A stretch of 64,000 nt of DNA from Heptranchias perlo (Eukaryota), in contig NW_027138483.1 in the NCBI RefSeq assembly GCF_035084215.1, positions 310,001 through 374,000 of the forward strand, read 5' to 3'. The notes under the pieces are model-generated. The model was not told where the DNA came from and did no database searches. It was given only the letters and a program-made list of their open reading frames with translations. Shown here in pieces: positions 12,837 through 25,284 of the stretch (within the stretch, counting starts at the first letter, position 1; every line of letters begins with the position of its first letter). A program made the position numbers and the translations under genes.

Positions 12837-13960
12837 ACCTCTAGTGTAAGTGTAGAGTGCTACTAGTACCGGAGGAGCACGATTATCTCTACTGTAAGTG
12901 CAGCATGCCACAAGTACTGGGGAAGCACAGTTTTCTCTAGTGTCAGTGTAGTGTACCACAAGTAACGTAAAGCACAGTTATCTCCAGTGTAAGTTTAGTA
13001 TACCACAAGTAATGTAAAGCACAGTTATCTCTAGTATAATTGTAGTATACCACAAGTAATGTAAAGCACATTTATCTCCAGTTTAAGTGTAGTACACCAC
13101 AAGCACCGGAAAGCACAATTATCTCCAGTGTAAGTGTAGTATACCACAAGTAATGTAAAGCAGTTATCTCCAGTGTAAGTGTAGTATAGCTCAAGTAAAG
13201 TAAAGCACATTTATCCCTAGTTTAAGTGTAGTATACCACAAGTACTGTAAAGCACAGTTATTACTAGTGTAAGTGTAGTGTACCTCAAGTGATGAAAAGC
13301 AAAGTTATCTACAGTGTAAGTGTAGTGTACCACAAGTAATGTAAAGCACATTTATCTCCAGGGTAAGTGTAGAATGCCACAAGTAATGTAAAGCACAGTT
13401 ATCTCCAGTGTAATAGCAGTACACCAGAAGAAATGTAAAGCACAGTTATCTCCAATGCAAATGTAGTATACTACAAGTGATGTAAAGCACAGTTATCTAA
13501 AGTGTAAGTGGAGTGTACCACAAATAATGTAAAGCACAGTTATCTCTAGTTCAAGTGTAGTAGGCCACAAGTACTGTGAAGCCAGGATATCTCTAGTGTA
13601 AGTGTAGTATACCACAAGTAATGTAAAGCACAGTAATTTCTAGTGTACGTGTAGGGTACCACGAGTACCGGAGGAGCACATTTATCTTTAGTGAAAGTGT
13701 TGGGGCACCACGAGAGCCAGAGGAGTACGGCAAATTCTGGCATTAGTGTAGGGTATCACCAAAGGAGCAATGTCACAACTAATGTAAGTATAGGGCACCA
13801 CTAGTATCGGAGAGCACGGTCACATCTAATGTAGGTACAGGGTATCACTAGTATCGGAGGAGCACATTCACATCTAATATAAGTATTGGGTATCACTAGT
13901 ACCAGCAGAGCACAGTTATCTCTCATGTAAGTGTAAGGTGCCACTAGTACCAGAGACGCG
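12837..13960. repeat. 47/48-bp satellite directly upstream of the gene A promoter
   Basis: Unit gtgtaagtgtagtataccacaagtaatgtaaagcacagttatctcca (agtaa at 12961 and 13008), followed by ccactagta-type units. Confidence 0.92.
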
Positions 13961-14302
13961 CGCTCAGGTCTAATGCTGCAAGACTGCGGTCATCTCCAAC
14001 ATTGCAGGATTAGTTTCCGCAACTGCACTGAGAGAGTTGGGGCACTCGGTGTGAGTCAAATGCAGCGTCAGCGTGATTACTTCAAAGGTAGCTGCCTCCA
14101 CCAGTCATGTAGTTATCGGGTCAGGACCGTTACTGGGAGATTCCACTTTCCATTTGTAAAGAATGTTTTAATTGTGTAATTTCTTAAAATGTCCAATAAC
14201 CGTTTCAACTATTTCTCTGAATTCAATGCCTCAGACCAAAAAATCAACTTCTCTGAGTCTATTTGTTAAATGACTGTAACTAATGCTAGTTATGGTGCAA
14301 CA

Positions 14303-14337
14303 TGATTGACTCCCTGGACGATTGATGTGTGTATAAA
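14303..14337 (+). promoter_or_regulatory. Putative core promoter of gene A (TATAAA 14332-14337 and a conserved TGATTGACTCCCTGG block)
   Basis: TATAAA starts 88 bp before the ATG, the same spacing as in paralog B. Confidence 0.55.
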
Positions 14338-14419
14338 TGTAGGAATCCCTTCCATTGCCTCAGCTGTACACTGGTCAGAGTCGTGTCAGGTCCTGGAGAT
14401 TTATCTATTCTCACAGAAA

Positions 14420-15731
14420 ATGGGGCAACCAACTATTCTGCTGATAAAACAGATTTACTACCCGATTCTCGCAGCCGTCCGTGTCCCAGGTGAGCCGTTG
14501 TAACCTGTTTCTTGTCAATCTGTGTTAACTGTATCACTGTTCTTATTGCATGATCGATAAGGTAACGTTTTTCCCAAACGTCAGCGTTTCAGTGGATTTC
14601 GTGACCGTCTTGTCTCCCCGTGCAGAGTGAGCGCTGCAGCAGCTCATTATAATGTGTGGGTCGGTTTCCAAAGGTAGTGACTCGAATATTAATCCTGCTC
14701 TCACACTGGTCCGTGTTGATAATCACACCGAATGGAGCAAAATGCTTTCAACAGGTATCTCCACATATATTTCAAACAGTGGAATATTATTTCTCTCCTC
14801 TCTCTTTCTTACAGCGAACTTGATGACAATTGTGATTCTCTCCCGAGAAAACTGCGGCCTTTCCAAGTGTATCTCTGTCTACATGGTGGCCATGGCAACA
14901 GGAGATCTACTGGTCATGATCATCAATATTATAGTTTATTATATTTTCAATTATCACTTCCCACTTTCATTCCTCTCCAACACTCCCGTGTGTAGGTTCA
15001 TTCTATACATGACTGTTATCGCCCTCGATTTGTCTGTTTGGTTCACCGTCTCCTTCACATTTGACCGTTTTGTTGCTCTCTGCTGCCAGAAGTTTAAAAA
15101 CAAGTATTGCAACGAGAGAACTGCGGCCGCGGTTATAACAACGGTCTCGTTTCTGATCTTTTTAAAGGACATCCCCTTTTTTTTTGCATTTGAGCCTCAC
15201 CACATAATTAACAAAGTGCAGTGGGGCTGCCGGCCAAGAGTGGCAATTTTCTCCTCCCCTCAAGGTGCAACGTACGTCTGGTTTCACGTCATCTCGCTCA
15301 TTTGTCTTCCTTTTTCATTGATTGCCTTGTTTAATTATTTGACCATCAGACGGATTTTAGTGGCTAATAGAAAGCGCAGGGGTCTGCGGGGACACAGCAG
15401 TGAGAATCAGTGTGATCCAGAGATGGAGAACCGAATGAAATCCATCATTTTACTCTTCACTGTGTCGGGCAGTTTTATACTGTTGTGGCTGACAGCTCTA
15501 GTGACTTTTGTAAGCACCGGACTGTCAAACCCCAATTATTACCGAGGTGACCACACAAACCCAGGATATATCGCCACCGAAGCCGGAGCTATGCTGAAGC
15601 ATTTGAGTTCCTGTCCAAACACCTGTATTTATGCAGCTACCCAGAGGAAATTGAGAGAAGAGCTGAAGAAGCTGCTGAAATCTCCCTGGACACTGATTCT
15701 AAGATTGGTTGGAACACGAACTCCGAACTAG
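14420..15731 (+). CDS. GPR139/GPR142-like class A orphan GPCR, copy A. Exon 1 14420-14489, exon 2 14815-15731, 328 aa
   Basis: Exon 1 MGQPTILLIKQIYYPILAAVRVP ends CAG|GTGAGC. A polypyrimidine tract and ACAG acceptor end at 14814. The phase-1 splice restores VP-ANLMTIVILS (TM1). Seven hydrophobic segments, AMATGD, DRF, Cys pair PVC/WGC, FILLW, NTCIY, helix 8. Confidence 0.92.
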
Positions 15732-17059
15732 ACCTCCCTTTGGAACATTAGAATTCAGTTTTAGCACCAATTCTATCTTAGACTGGGGTTCCCTCTCCTA
15801 ACAGATTATTTAATGACGGTTCTTGTAAAAACTCACAGGTACGCGATTATATTTCCTGCACTTTATAGAATCTAGCGCCAACTTTGACCGCGGGTTTCGA
15901 CAGTTCATTGGCCGACTGACTCCTGACAAATAAGGACAGTCCCCCTTAAGTATGAAAAGTGTCAGTGATGTAGTGAACTTTATTAGTGGAATAGAATATT
16001 TGATCAACGAGTTTAATATCACTGTGCGAGGAATGTAATTCAATTCTACCGTGTAATTGACAGGAAGATACATCAGTTTTCGGTAAAGATTCGATCGTTT
16101 CGAATTCCTGGTGAATTTACTTTTTCTCGGAGGTTTGATGAACACGGTGCTTGGACTGACGTCAGCTGCACCGACCGCTTCATCCTTCTCCAGTGAATAA
16201 GGAGCGGAGCCGCTGTCTCGTTCGCAGTGCTGCGAGGTTTCACCATTTTTGAATGTTAACAGTTGTTGCCTTGTTCGATCTGCTTTTTCTGAAATCTCGA
16301 TTAATGAGAAATATTTGAAGGCTGTCCAGCAACATTAAAAATAAAGTCTTTACCTGTTGTCACTAAATGTATCTGACTGTTACTAATCTGAATCAGCGAT
16401 CCGGTAAAACTGGTAAAATAATGTAAGAACCAAGAATGTAAAATAACCTTCATAATCAGGTAATTTGTTGCATCGTTCTGCAATGAATGCTCTCATATAT
16501 TGGAATGGAATAATCCGCTCTGTGTGTTGATGCACAGATGCACATGTAATATCCCCTGCCCTTGGATCAAATGGTGTTGTTTGGGCATCCCAGTGCGAGG
16601 CTGTGCATTCGGAGTTCCGACCGGTCACACTGCAGACCGGGGTTTGAGAGCGTTGCCCGGTGCAAAGGTATCAGATGAAGACTTGTGCCAATTAACTGGC
16701 AATTCGTCCGCCCGCCTGTTTCTGTGTCTCGGATGAAACTGTTTCCCGATTTATCCTAATTGGTGCAAATTTCAGGGATTCTGTGACGCGTCACCAATTC
16801 TATTCAGGAGCTCGTGCATCTTTCACTCCTTGAAGTTTGTTTGTTCAGCAGTTAGATTTTAATTTTACAGTTCAAAGATAACAAATAAATCGCTAATATT
16901 GATATTTACTATTTAATTGTTGTAGCTTTTATTAGTCTGCTGGGCGTCAGCGCTGGGCACTGATTTTCTTCCCTTTAATATAACGTAAAATTTTCCAGAC
17001 TGCGCTCCGCCCAGGCGAGGTTTAAAGACCAGGTGATAAATACAAACATTTCCCCCTCC

Positions 17060-20000
17060 ATTTTTAACCATTTTAATATTGTGGGGTAAGACTGCCCACC
17101 ATATCTTCCTCACATTAAAATCATAGTATCGTAGAATCATCGTATTGTACAGCACAGGTGGATGCCGTTCGGCCCATCCTGCCGGTTCTTTGAAAGAGCT
17201 ATCCAATAAGTCTCATTCCCCGGCTCTTTCCCCATACCACTGCACAATGTTCCCAGCAAGTATTTATCCAATTCCCTTTTGAAAGTTACCATTGAAGCTG
17301 TTTTCACCACCCTTTCATCCAGTGCATTCCAGATCATTACAATTCTCTGCGTAAATTTCTCATGTGTCGTCTGGTTACCCACCCTTTCCGGCCCAACGAG
17401 GAAGGAGGCATTGCTGGATCTGGTTCTGGGGAATGAGATGGGTCAAGTGGAGCAAGTGTCAGTGAGGGAACATTTAGGGAACAGTGATCATAGTATCATA
17501 AGGTTTAGATTAGTTATGGAAAAGGAAAAGGACCAATCTGGAAAAAAATACTTAATTGGAGGAGGGCAAAATTCAGTGGCTTGAGAAGGAACCTGGCCCG
17601 GGTAAATTGGAATCAAAGATTGGCAGGCAAATATGTAATCGAACAATGGGCGGCCCTTAAAGAGGAGATGATTCAGGTAGTCTAAGTACATTCCCACGAG
17701 GGGAGAAAGGTAGGGCAACTAAATCCGGAGCTCCCTGGAGGATGAATGAGATCGAGAGTAAGATGAAGCTGAAAAAAGTGGGCGTATGACAGATGTCAGG
17801 TTGATAATACAAGTGAGAACCAGGCTGAATATATAAAGTTCAGAGGAGAAGTGAAAATGGAAATAAGAGGGGCAAAGAGAGATTATGACAATAGACTGGC
17901 GGCTAACATAAAAGTGAATCCAAAAGACTTCTATCGGCATGTAAACATCAAACGGGTAGTAAGAGGAGGTGTGCGGCCAATTAAGAACCAAGTCTGTACT
18001 TTCCCTTCGATTTCATGGGCTTGAATCGTAGCTAACAGTCTCTTACGTGGGACCGTATCAAATGCCTTCTGGAAGTGCATACAAATTACATCCATTGACA
18101 TTCCCCTGTCCACTACTTTAGTCACCTCTTCAAAAAATTCAATCAGGTTTGTCAGGCACGATATACATTTCACAAATCCATGCTGGCTCCCTCTGATTAA
18201 CTGAAAATTCTCGAGGTGTTCAGTCGCCCTATCCTTAATTTTCAACTCCGGCATTTTCCCCACAACAGATGTTAGGCTAACTGGTCTATAATTTCCTGTT
18301 TTCCCTCTCTCTCCTTTCTTAAAAACCGGAGTGACATATGCAATTTTCCAATCTAGAGGGACATTTCCTGAATCTGGAGAACTTTGAAAGATTATAGTTA
18401 GGACATCTTCAATCTGCTCACCTATTCCCTTTAAAACCCTGGGATGGAAATCATCTGGTCCTGGGGATTTGTCACTCTTTAGTGATATTATTTTCTTAAT
18501 TTCTGTTGCTTTACTTATGTTAATTTTATCGAGTCCGTCTCCCCGATTCAATATAAGTTTTGTTGGGATTTCCGGCATGCTATCCTCTTTTACTACTCTA
18601 AATACTGATGCAAAGTAATTATTCATCATGTCTGCCATTTCCCCATTGTCAATGACAATATCCCCACTTTCAATTTTTAAGGGGCCAACACTGCTCCTGA
18701 TCACCTTATTTTTCATAATGTAACTATAAAGATTCTTTGTTTTGGTTTGATATCACTTGCAAGTTTCTTTTCATACTCTCTTTTTGTAGCTCTTACCATC
18801 TGTTTTGTGGCCCTTTGTTGATCTTTGTATCTTTCCCAATCGCCAGGATCTGTGCTATTTTTTGCCATTTATATGCCCTTTCCTTATGTCTTATACTGTC
18901 CCTCACCTCTTTAGTTGCCCATGGCTGTTTTATTTTGGCAAGTAGAGTTCTTGCCCCTCAGGGGTATAAACCGATTCTGTATCACGTTAAATGTGTCTTT
19001 AAACATTTCGCACTGATCATTGGTCGTTTTACCCATTAACAGATTTGCCCAGTTTACTGTGGACAGTCTCTCTCTCATCCCATTGAAATCGGCCTTACCC
19101 AAGTCTAGAATCTGAGCAGCTGATTCACTTTTTTCCCTTTCAAACACTACCTTGAACTCGATCATGTTATGATCGCTATTGGATAGATGTTCGCGTACAG
19201 TTAAGCCGTTAACTAAATTTGGTTCATTACTCATTACTAAATCTAGCATGGCTTGCCCCCTTGTTGCCTCTAGGACATACTGCACATGCACTCCAAGGCC
19301 TCTCACTTCCTCTAACCGTCTCAATATATTCCTGTTTACTGCGTATTCCCTTTTACTGTTTGCCCTCCCTAAGTGCATTACCTCACACTTCTCCGGGTTG
19401 AACTCCATTTGCCACTTTTCCACCCACTCCACCAACCCATTAATATCTTCTTGGATTCGACAGCTATCCTCTTCACTATCAACTGCAACGCCAATTTTTG
19501 TGTCTTCTGCCAATATTCCAACCGTGTCCTCTATATTCAAACCCAATTAATTAATATGTACCACAAACAGCAAGGAACACAAAACTGAGCCCCGTGGCAC
19601 ACCACTGGAAACGGATTCACATTCGCAAAGACATCCATCGACTTTTACCCTTTGTTTCCTGTTACTGAGCTAATTTTGCAACCAATTTGACACGTTTCCC
19701 TGTATCCCATGGGCTTTTACCTTTCTGACCAGTCTGCCATGTGGAACCTTGTGAAATGCCTTAGTAAAATCAATGTAGACAATATCCACTATACTACCGT
19801 CATCAATCCTCCTTGTCACTTCCTCAAATAATTCAATCAGGTTTGTAAGGCATGACCTTCCCTGAACAAATCCTTGCTGACTATCCCTGATTAAACCATG
19901 CCTTTCCAAGTGACAGTTTAACCTATCTCTCAGTATTGATTCTAATCGTTTGACCACCACCGAGGTAAGACTGACCGGCCTATAATTGTTGGCCTTTCCC

Positions 20001-21630
20001 TTGTACCCTTTTTAAACAATGGTACTACGTTTGCAGTCTTCCAGTCCTCCGGTACCTCCCCTGTATATAGTGAGGATTGGAAAATGATGCTCAGAGCATC
20101 TTTTATTTCCTGCCTGGTTTCCTTCAATAGCCTAGGAAACAATGCACCCGGACCTAGTGACTTATCAACTTGCAAGGATTCCAGTCCTTCTAGTGCTTTC
20201 TCTCTCGTTATGTTTACCTTATCCAATGTTTCATACCGCTCCTCTTTAACTTCTACGTCCGGATCATCCCTTTCTTTTGTGAATACGGAGACAACATATT
20301 CATTTAAAACCCTGCTCACATCTTCTGCGTCTGCACATACGTTACCCTTATCATCCCTGATAAGTTCCACCTTTTCCTTAGCTATCCTCTTGTTCTTAAT
20401 ATACTAATACAACATCTTTGGATTTTCTTTAATCTTACTAGCTAATATTTGTTCATGCCCTCTCTTTGCATTCCTTATTTCCCTTTTTACGTCATCCCTG
20501 TATTTTCTATGCTCCTCTCGGCTTTCCGCAGTATGAAGCTGTCATAAGCTTTCTTTTTCTGCTTTATCTTGCCCCGTATGCTTCCAGACAACTACACGGC
20601 TCTAAATTTGGCAGTGCCATACCTTTTCCTTTGAGGGGACGTGTCTGCATTGTACCCATAGAATTTCACTTTTTCGTGCCAACCACCGGCTTGCCACTGA
20701 GTTCTCCTCAAGTAGTTGTGTCCAGTCCACTTCTGCCAAATCACCTCTTAGTTCTGCAAAATTTGCCTTCCCCCCAATTTAAAACGTTTGCTTCTAATTT
20801 AACTCTGTCCTTTTCCATAATAATGCTAAAACTAACTGAATTTTCATCACTATCCCCAATATGGTCACCCAGTATCACTTCACCCACTTGCCTATCTTCA
20901 TTTCACAGGATTCAATCTAGAATTGCATCCCCTCTTGTTGGGCTTGTCACGTAGTGGCTAAAAAAAGTTCTCCTGGACACATATAAAGAATTTTAGGCCC
21001 TCTGTGCCCCTCACACTGTTTGAATCCAAATTGATGTTAGGGTAGTTGAAGTCCCCTACTATTATTGCCCTCTTATTTTTGAACTCAGTAATTTGCCTAT
21101 ATCTTTGTTTTTCTATCTCCCTTTCGCTATTCGGGGGTTGATAGCACACTCCTAGTGTTGTGACTGTAACCTTTCTTATTTCTTAGTTCAACCCATACGA
21201 CCTTGATTGATGATCCATTTCGCATATCAACCCTTCTCACAACTGTAATTGAATATTTAACCAATAATGCTGCCACCCCTCCTTTTTAATACCCACTCTA
21301 TCCTGCCTGAAAACTCGATATCCACAGATATTGAGCTGCCAATTATCCCCCTCTTTAAACCAGGTTATAGCAATGATATCATGCTGCCACGTGTCGATCT
21401 GTGCCCTTAGCTCGTCTGCTTTGTTTGTAATACTCATTGCATCGAAGTATATACCCTTTAACCCCGTCGAATTCCTGTGCTGAACACAATTTAAACTTTG
21501 CTTCCTCGGCCTTTCTGAGTCGCTGACGACGTCACTAACTGCTTTTCTACTGGTCTGAATTTGTCCTATTATTACCTGGCTTTGGTTCCCATCCCCCTGC
21601 TATACTAGTTTAAACCCTCCGCAAAATAAG
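17060..21630 (-). mobile_element. Cluster of nested or abutting CR1 fragments: - strand 3' end 17060-17375; + strand 17385-17990; - strand 17990-19285; - strand 19285-21630
   Basis: Repeated LDLV, SDH, GDFN, NYRPVSLTS, SCLTNLIE and WQMEFNPEKC motifs in different frames and orientations. Confidence 0.88.
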
Positions 21631-21639
21631 TAACAAATG

Positions 21640-22645
21640 CCCCCTATAGTAACTTCGCTGGTGGTGACGCGATACTAACTTCACAGTTAGTGGCCCGATA
21701 CTAACTTCATTGGTGATGACCCTATACTAAGTTCGCTGTTAGGGGCCCTATACTAACTTCATTGGTGGTGACCCTATACTAAATTCGCTGTTAGGGGCCC
21801 GATACTAACTTCATTGGTGGTGACCCTACATCAACTTCACTGGTGGTGACTATACTAAATTTACTGTTGGGGTCATATACTAACTTCACTGTTGGTGGCC
21901 CTATACTAACTTCATTGGTGATGACCCAATAGCAACTTCACTGGTGGTGACTCCATACAAAATTCACTGTTGGGGTCATATACTAACTTCACTGTTAGGG
22001 GCGCTATACTAACTTCACTAGTGGTGACCCTATACTATCTTCACTGGTGACCTTACACTAACTTCACTAGTGGTGACCCTATACTATCTTCACTGGTGAC
22101 CTTACACTAACTTCACTGGTGGTGACCCTATTCTAACTTCACTGGTGTTGACTCCAACGAACTTCCCTGGTGGTGATCCGATACTAACTTCCATATGGTA
22201 ACCCGACATTAACTTCACTGATATTCTCACCACACTAAATTCACTGGTGGTGACGTTATACTCAATACATTGGTGGTGAAACTATACTAAAGTCACTGGT
22301 GGAGATCCAATATTAAATTCACTGGTGGTCACCCCAGCCCAACTTCACTGGTGGTGACTCTGTACTAAATTCACTGTTAGGGGCCCTATACTATCTTCAC
22401 TGTTAGGGGCACTATCCCAAATTCACTGGTGGTGACCCTATACTCAATTCACTTGTGATGACCCTGCACTAAATTTACTGGTGGTGACCCGATACTCTCT
22501 TCACTGGTGGTGTCCCGATACTCTCTTCACTGGTGGTGACCGTATACTAACTTCACTGGTGGTGACCCTATACTAACTTCACTGGTGGTGACCCTATAGT
22601 AACTTCACTGGTGGTGACCCTATATTAACTTCACTGGTGGTGACG
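21640..22645. repeat. 26-bp minisatellite, roughly 38 units
   Basis: Unit ctatactaacttcactggtggtgacc; ggtgaccc at 22561 and 22587. Confidence 0.95.
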
Positions 22646-22914
22646 TTCTTCAAACATTACTGTTATTATTGCTTTCTCACATTGCTGCTGATTATTCCGT
22701 ATTCCCACTATATTCGTAATGACATTACTGCTGCTGATTATGATACAAGTTTCAACACCTGGTACCTCAAGCGTCCGCTGCTAAAAAAACACATAAATGC
22801 CTTTATTACTTGCTTGCTCGATTGAGACAAAGATGTCCTCGCCAACCCCCGTCACCCCATGAACTCAAGATCCTCAAAACCATTACTATTTGTAACATAT
22901 TCTGGCGAAAAGTG

Positions 22915-25280
22915 CTCATAGTATCATAATGTCATAGTAGGTCCAGCACAGAAGGAGGCCATTCAGCCCTTCGTCCCTGTGCTGGCGCTTTGAAAAAGCT
23001 ATCCAATTAATCCCATCCCTCTGATCTTTCCCCACAGCTCCGTATTTTTTTCCATTCAAGTATTTATCCAATTCCCTTTTAAAAGTTACTTCTGAATCTG
23101 TTTCCAGCACTCTTTCTGACAATGCATTCCAGATCATTACAACTTCCTGCAAAAAATATCCTCATTTCGCCTCTGGCTCTTTCACTGATCACCTTATAGC
23201 CGTGTCCTCTGTTTCCTAACCTTCTGCCACTGGAAACAGTTACACTTTATTTATTTAATCAAAACCGTTCATGATTTTGAACACCTCTACCAAATATCCC
23301 CTAACTTTCCCTGCTGTAAGGTGAGCAACCACAGATTCTCCAGTCTCCCCACATATATGAAGTCCCTCATCCCTGGAACCTTTCTTGTAAATCTCTTCTA
23401 TACCCATTCCAAGGCCTGACATCTTTCCTAAAGTGTGGTACCCAAAATTGAACACAATACTCCAGCTGAGGCCTAACCAGTGTTTTATAGAGGTTTAACA
23501 TAACTTCCCTGCTTTTGTACTCTATGCCTCTGTTGTTAACGTCCAGGATCCCGTATGCTTTTTAACAACCTTCTCAACTTGTCCTGCCGCGTTCAAAGAT
23601 ATTTATTCCCCGTTCTCTCTGCTCCTGCACCTTATTGGAGCTCCAGATTTTCACTTCGTAGGAACCTATCGACTCTGTACCCCAATCCATTCCTCCTTGA
23701 AGGCAGCCCTTTGTTCAATTGCTGCTTTGCCTCCCAATTTGTGATTCCAATCCACATCAACGAGATCGCTTTTCAACTCACTGAAATTTGTCTTCCTGCA
23801 GTTAAGTTTTTTTTTAGATTTGATTGTTCCTTGTCCTTTTCCATAACGATTCTAAACCTAAGGATATTATGATCACTGTTCCCCAAATGCTCCCCCACTG
23901 GGTTTGGCTGGAGACATATTGATCCAGAAGTTTCTCTTGTACACATTTCAGGAATTCCTCCCCCTCTTCGCCCTTTACACTTGTATTGTCCCAGTCTATA
24001 GTTGGATAATTGAAGTGCCCCATTATTATTACATAAGAACATAGCAACATAATAAATAGGAGCAGGAGTAGGCCATACGGCCCCTCAAGCCTGCTCCACA
24101 ATTGAGTAAGATCATGGTTAATCTTCGACCTCAACTCCACTTTCCCGCTCGATCTCCATATCCCTTGATTCCGCTAGAGTCCAAAAAGCTATCTCACTCA
24201 GCCTTGAATATCCGCAACGAGTGAGCATCCACAGCCCTCTGTGGTATAGAATTCCAAATGATCTCGATCCCCTGAGTGAAGAAATTGCTCCACAACTCAG
24301 TCCTAAACGTCCCACCCCTTATCTTGAGACTATGCCCTCTCGTTCTGGACTCTCCAGCCAGGGGAATCATTCTGTCTACCCTGTCAAGCTCTCTTAAAAT
24401 ATTATACGTTTCAAAGAGATCATTCTTCTAAACCCCAGAGAGTGTAGGCCAAATCGAGTCAATCTTTCTTCATAGGACAACACTCTCATCCCAGGAATTA
24501 ATCGAGTGAACCTTCGCTGCACCGCCTCTAAGGCTTCTATCCTTCCTTAGGTAAGGAAACTAAAACTGCCTACAATACTATAGGTGTGGTCTCAACAAAG
24601 CCTTGTACAATTGCAGCAAGACCTCCTTACTATTGTACTCCAAACCCCTTGCAATAAAAGCCCACATACTATTTGCCTTCCTAATTGCGTGCTGTACCTG
24701 CATGTTAAATTTCTGTGTTTCTTGTACCAGGACACCCAAATCCCGCTCAACACCAACATTTAATACTTTTCCACCATTTAACAAATATTCAGTTTTTCTC
24801 TTCTTACTACCAAAATGAATAACCTCACATTTCTCCACATTATACTCCATCTGCCAACTTCTTGCCCACTCACTTAACCTGCCGATATCCCTTTGCAGAC
24901 CATTTGCAGTCCTCCTCAAAGCTTACTTTCTCAGCTAGCTTTATATCGTCAGTAAACTTGGATACATTACTCTCGGTCCCTTTATCTGAGCTATTAATAT
25001 AAATTGTAAATAGCTGAGGCCCAAGCACTGATCCCTGCAGCCACCCATTAGTTACAGCCTGCCAACCTGAGAATGACCCGTTTATTCCTACTCTCTGTTT
25101 TCTCTCCTTTAATCAATCCTCTATCCATGCTAATATATTACCCCCAACCCCATGAGCCATTACCTTGTGTAACTACCCGTTGTGACTCACCTTATCGAAT
25201 GTCTTTTGAAAATTCATGTATACTACAATGGGCCGAATGGCATTCTCCTGTTCTGTACCTACTATCACACTAAGTCACTA
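22915..25280 (-). mobile_element. CR1 fragments: two - strand 3' ends with tails at ~22915 and ~24030, plus a short + strand tail at 25226-25280
   Basis: WQMEYNVEKCEVIHFG, LYKALLRPHL, NSDHNILRF and CR1-type 3' UTRs. Confidence 0.85.
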
Positions 25281-25284
25281 AAAT

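Noticed and set aside
14652-14814. Long N-terminus of the 359-aa ORF (and MEQNAF... of the 335-aa ORF)
   Set aside because: Intronic: includes the polypyrimidine tract, and the frame is not conserved between A and B.
18911-19546. 211-aa ORF with RT followed by endonuclease in reversed domain order
   Set aside because: Chance in-frame junction of two different CR1 fragments near 19285.
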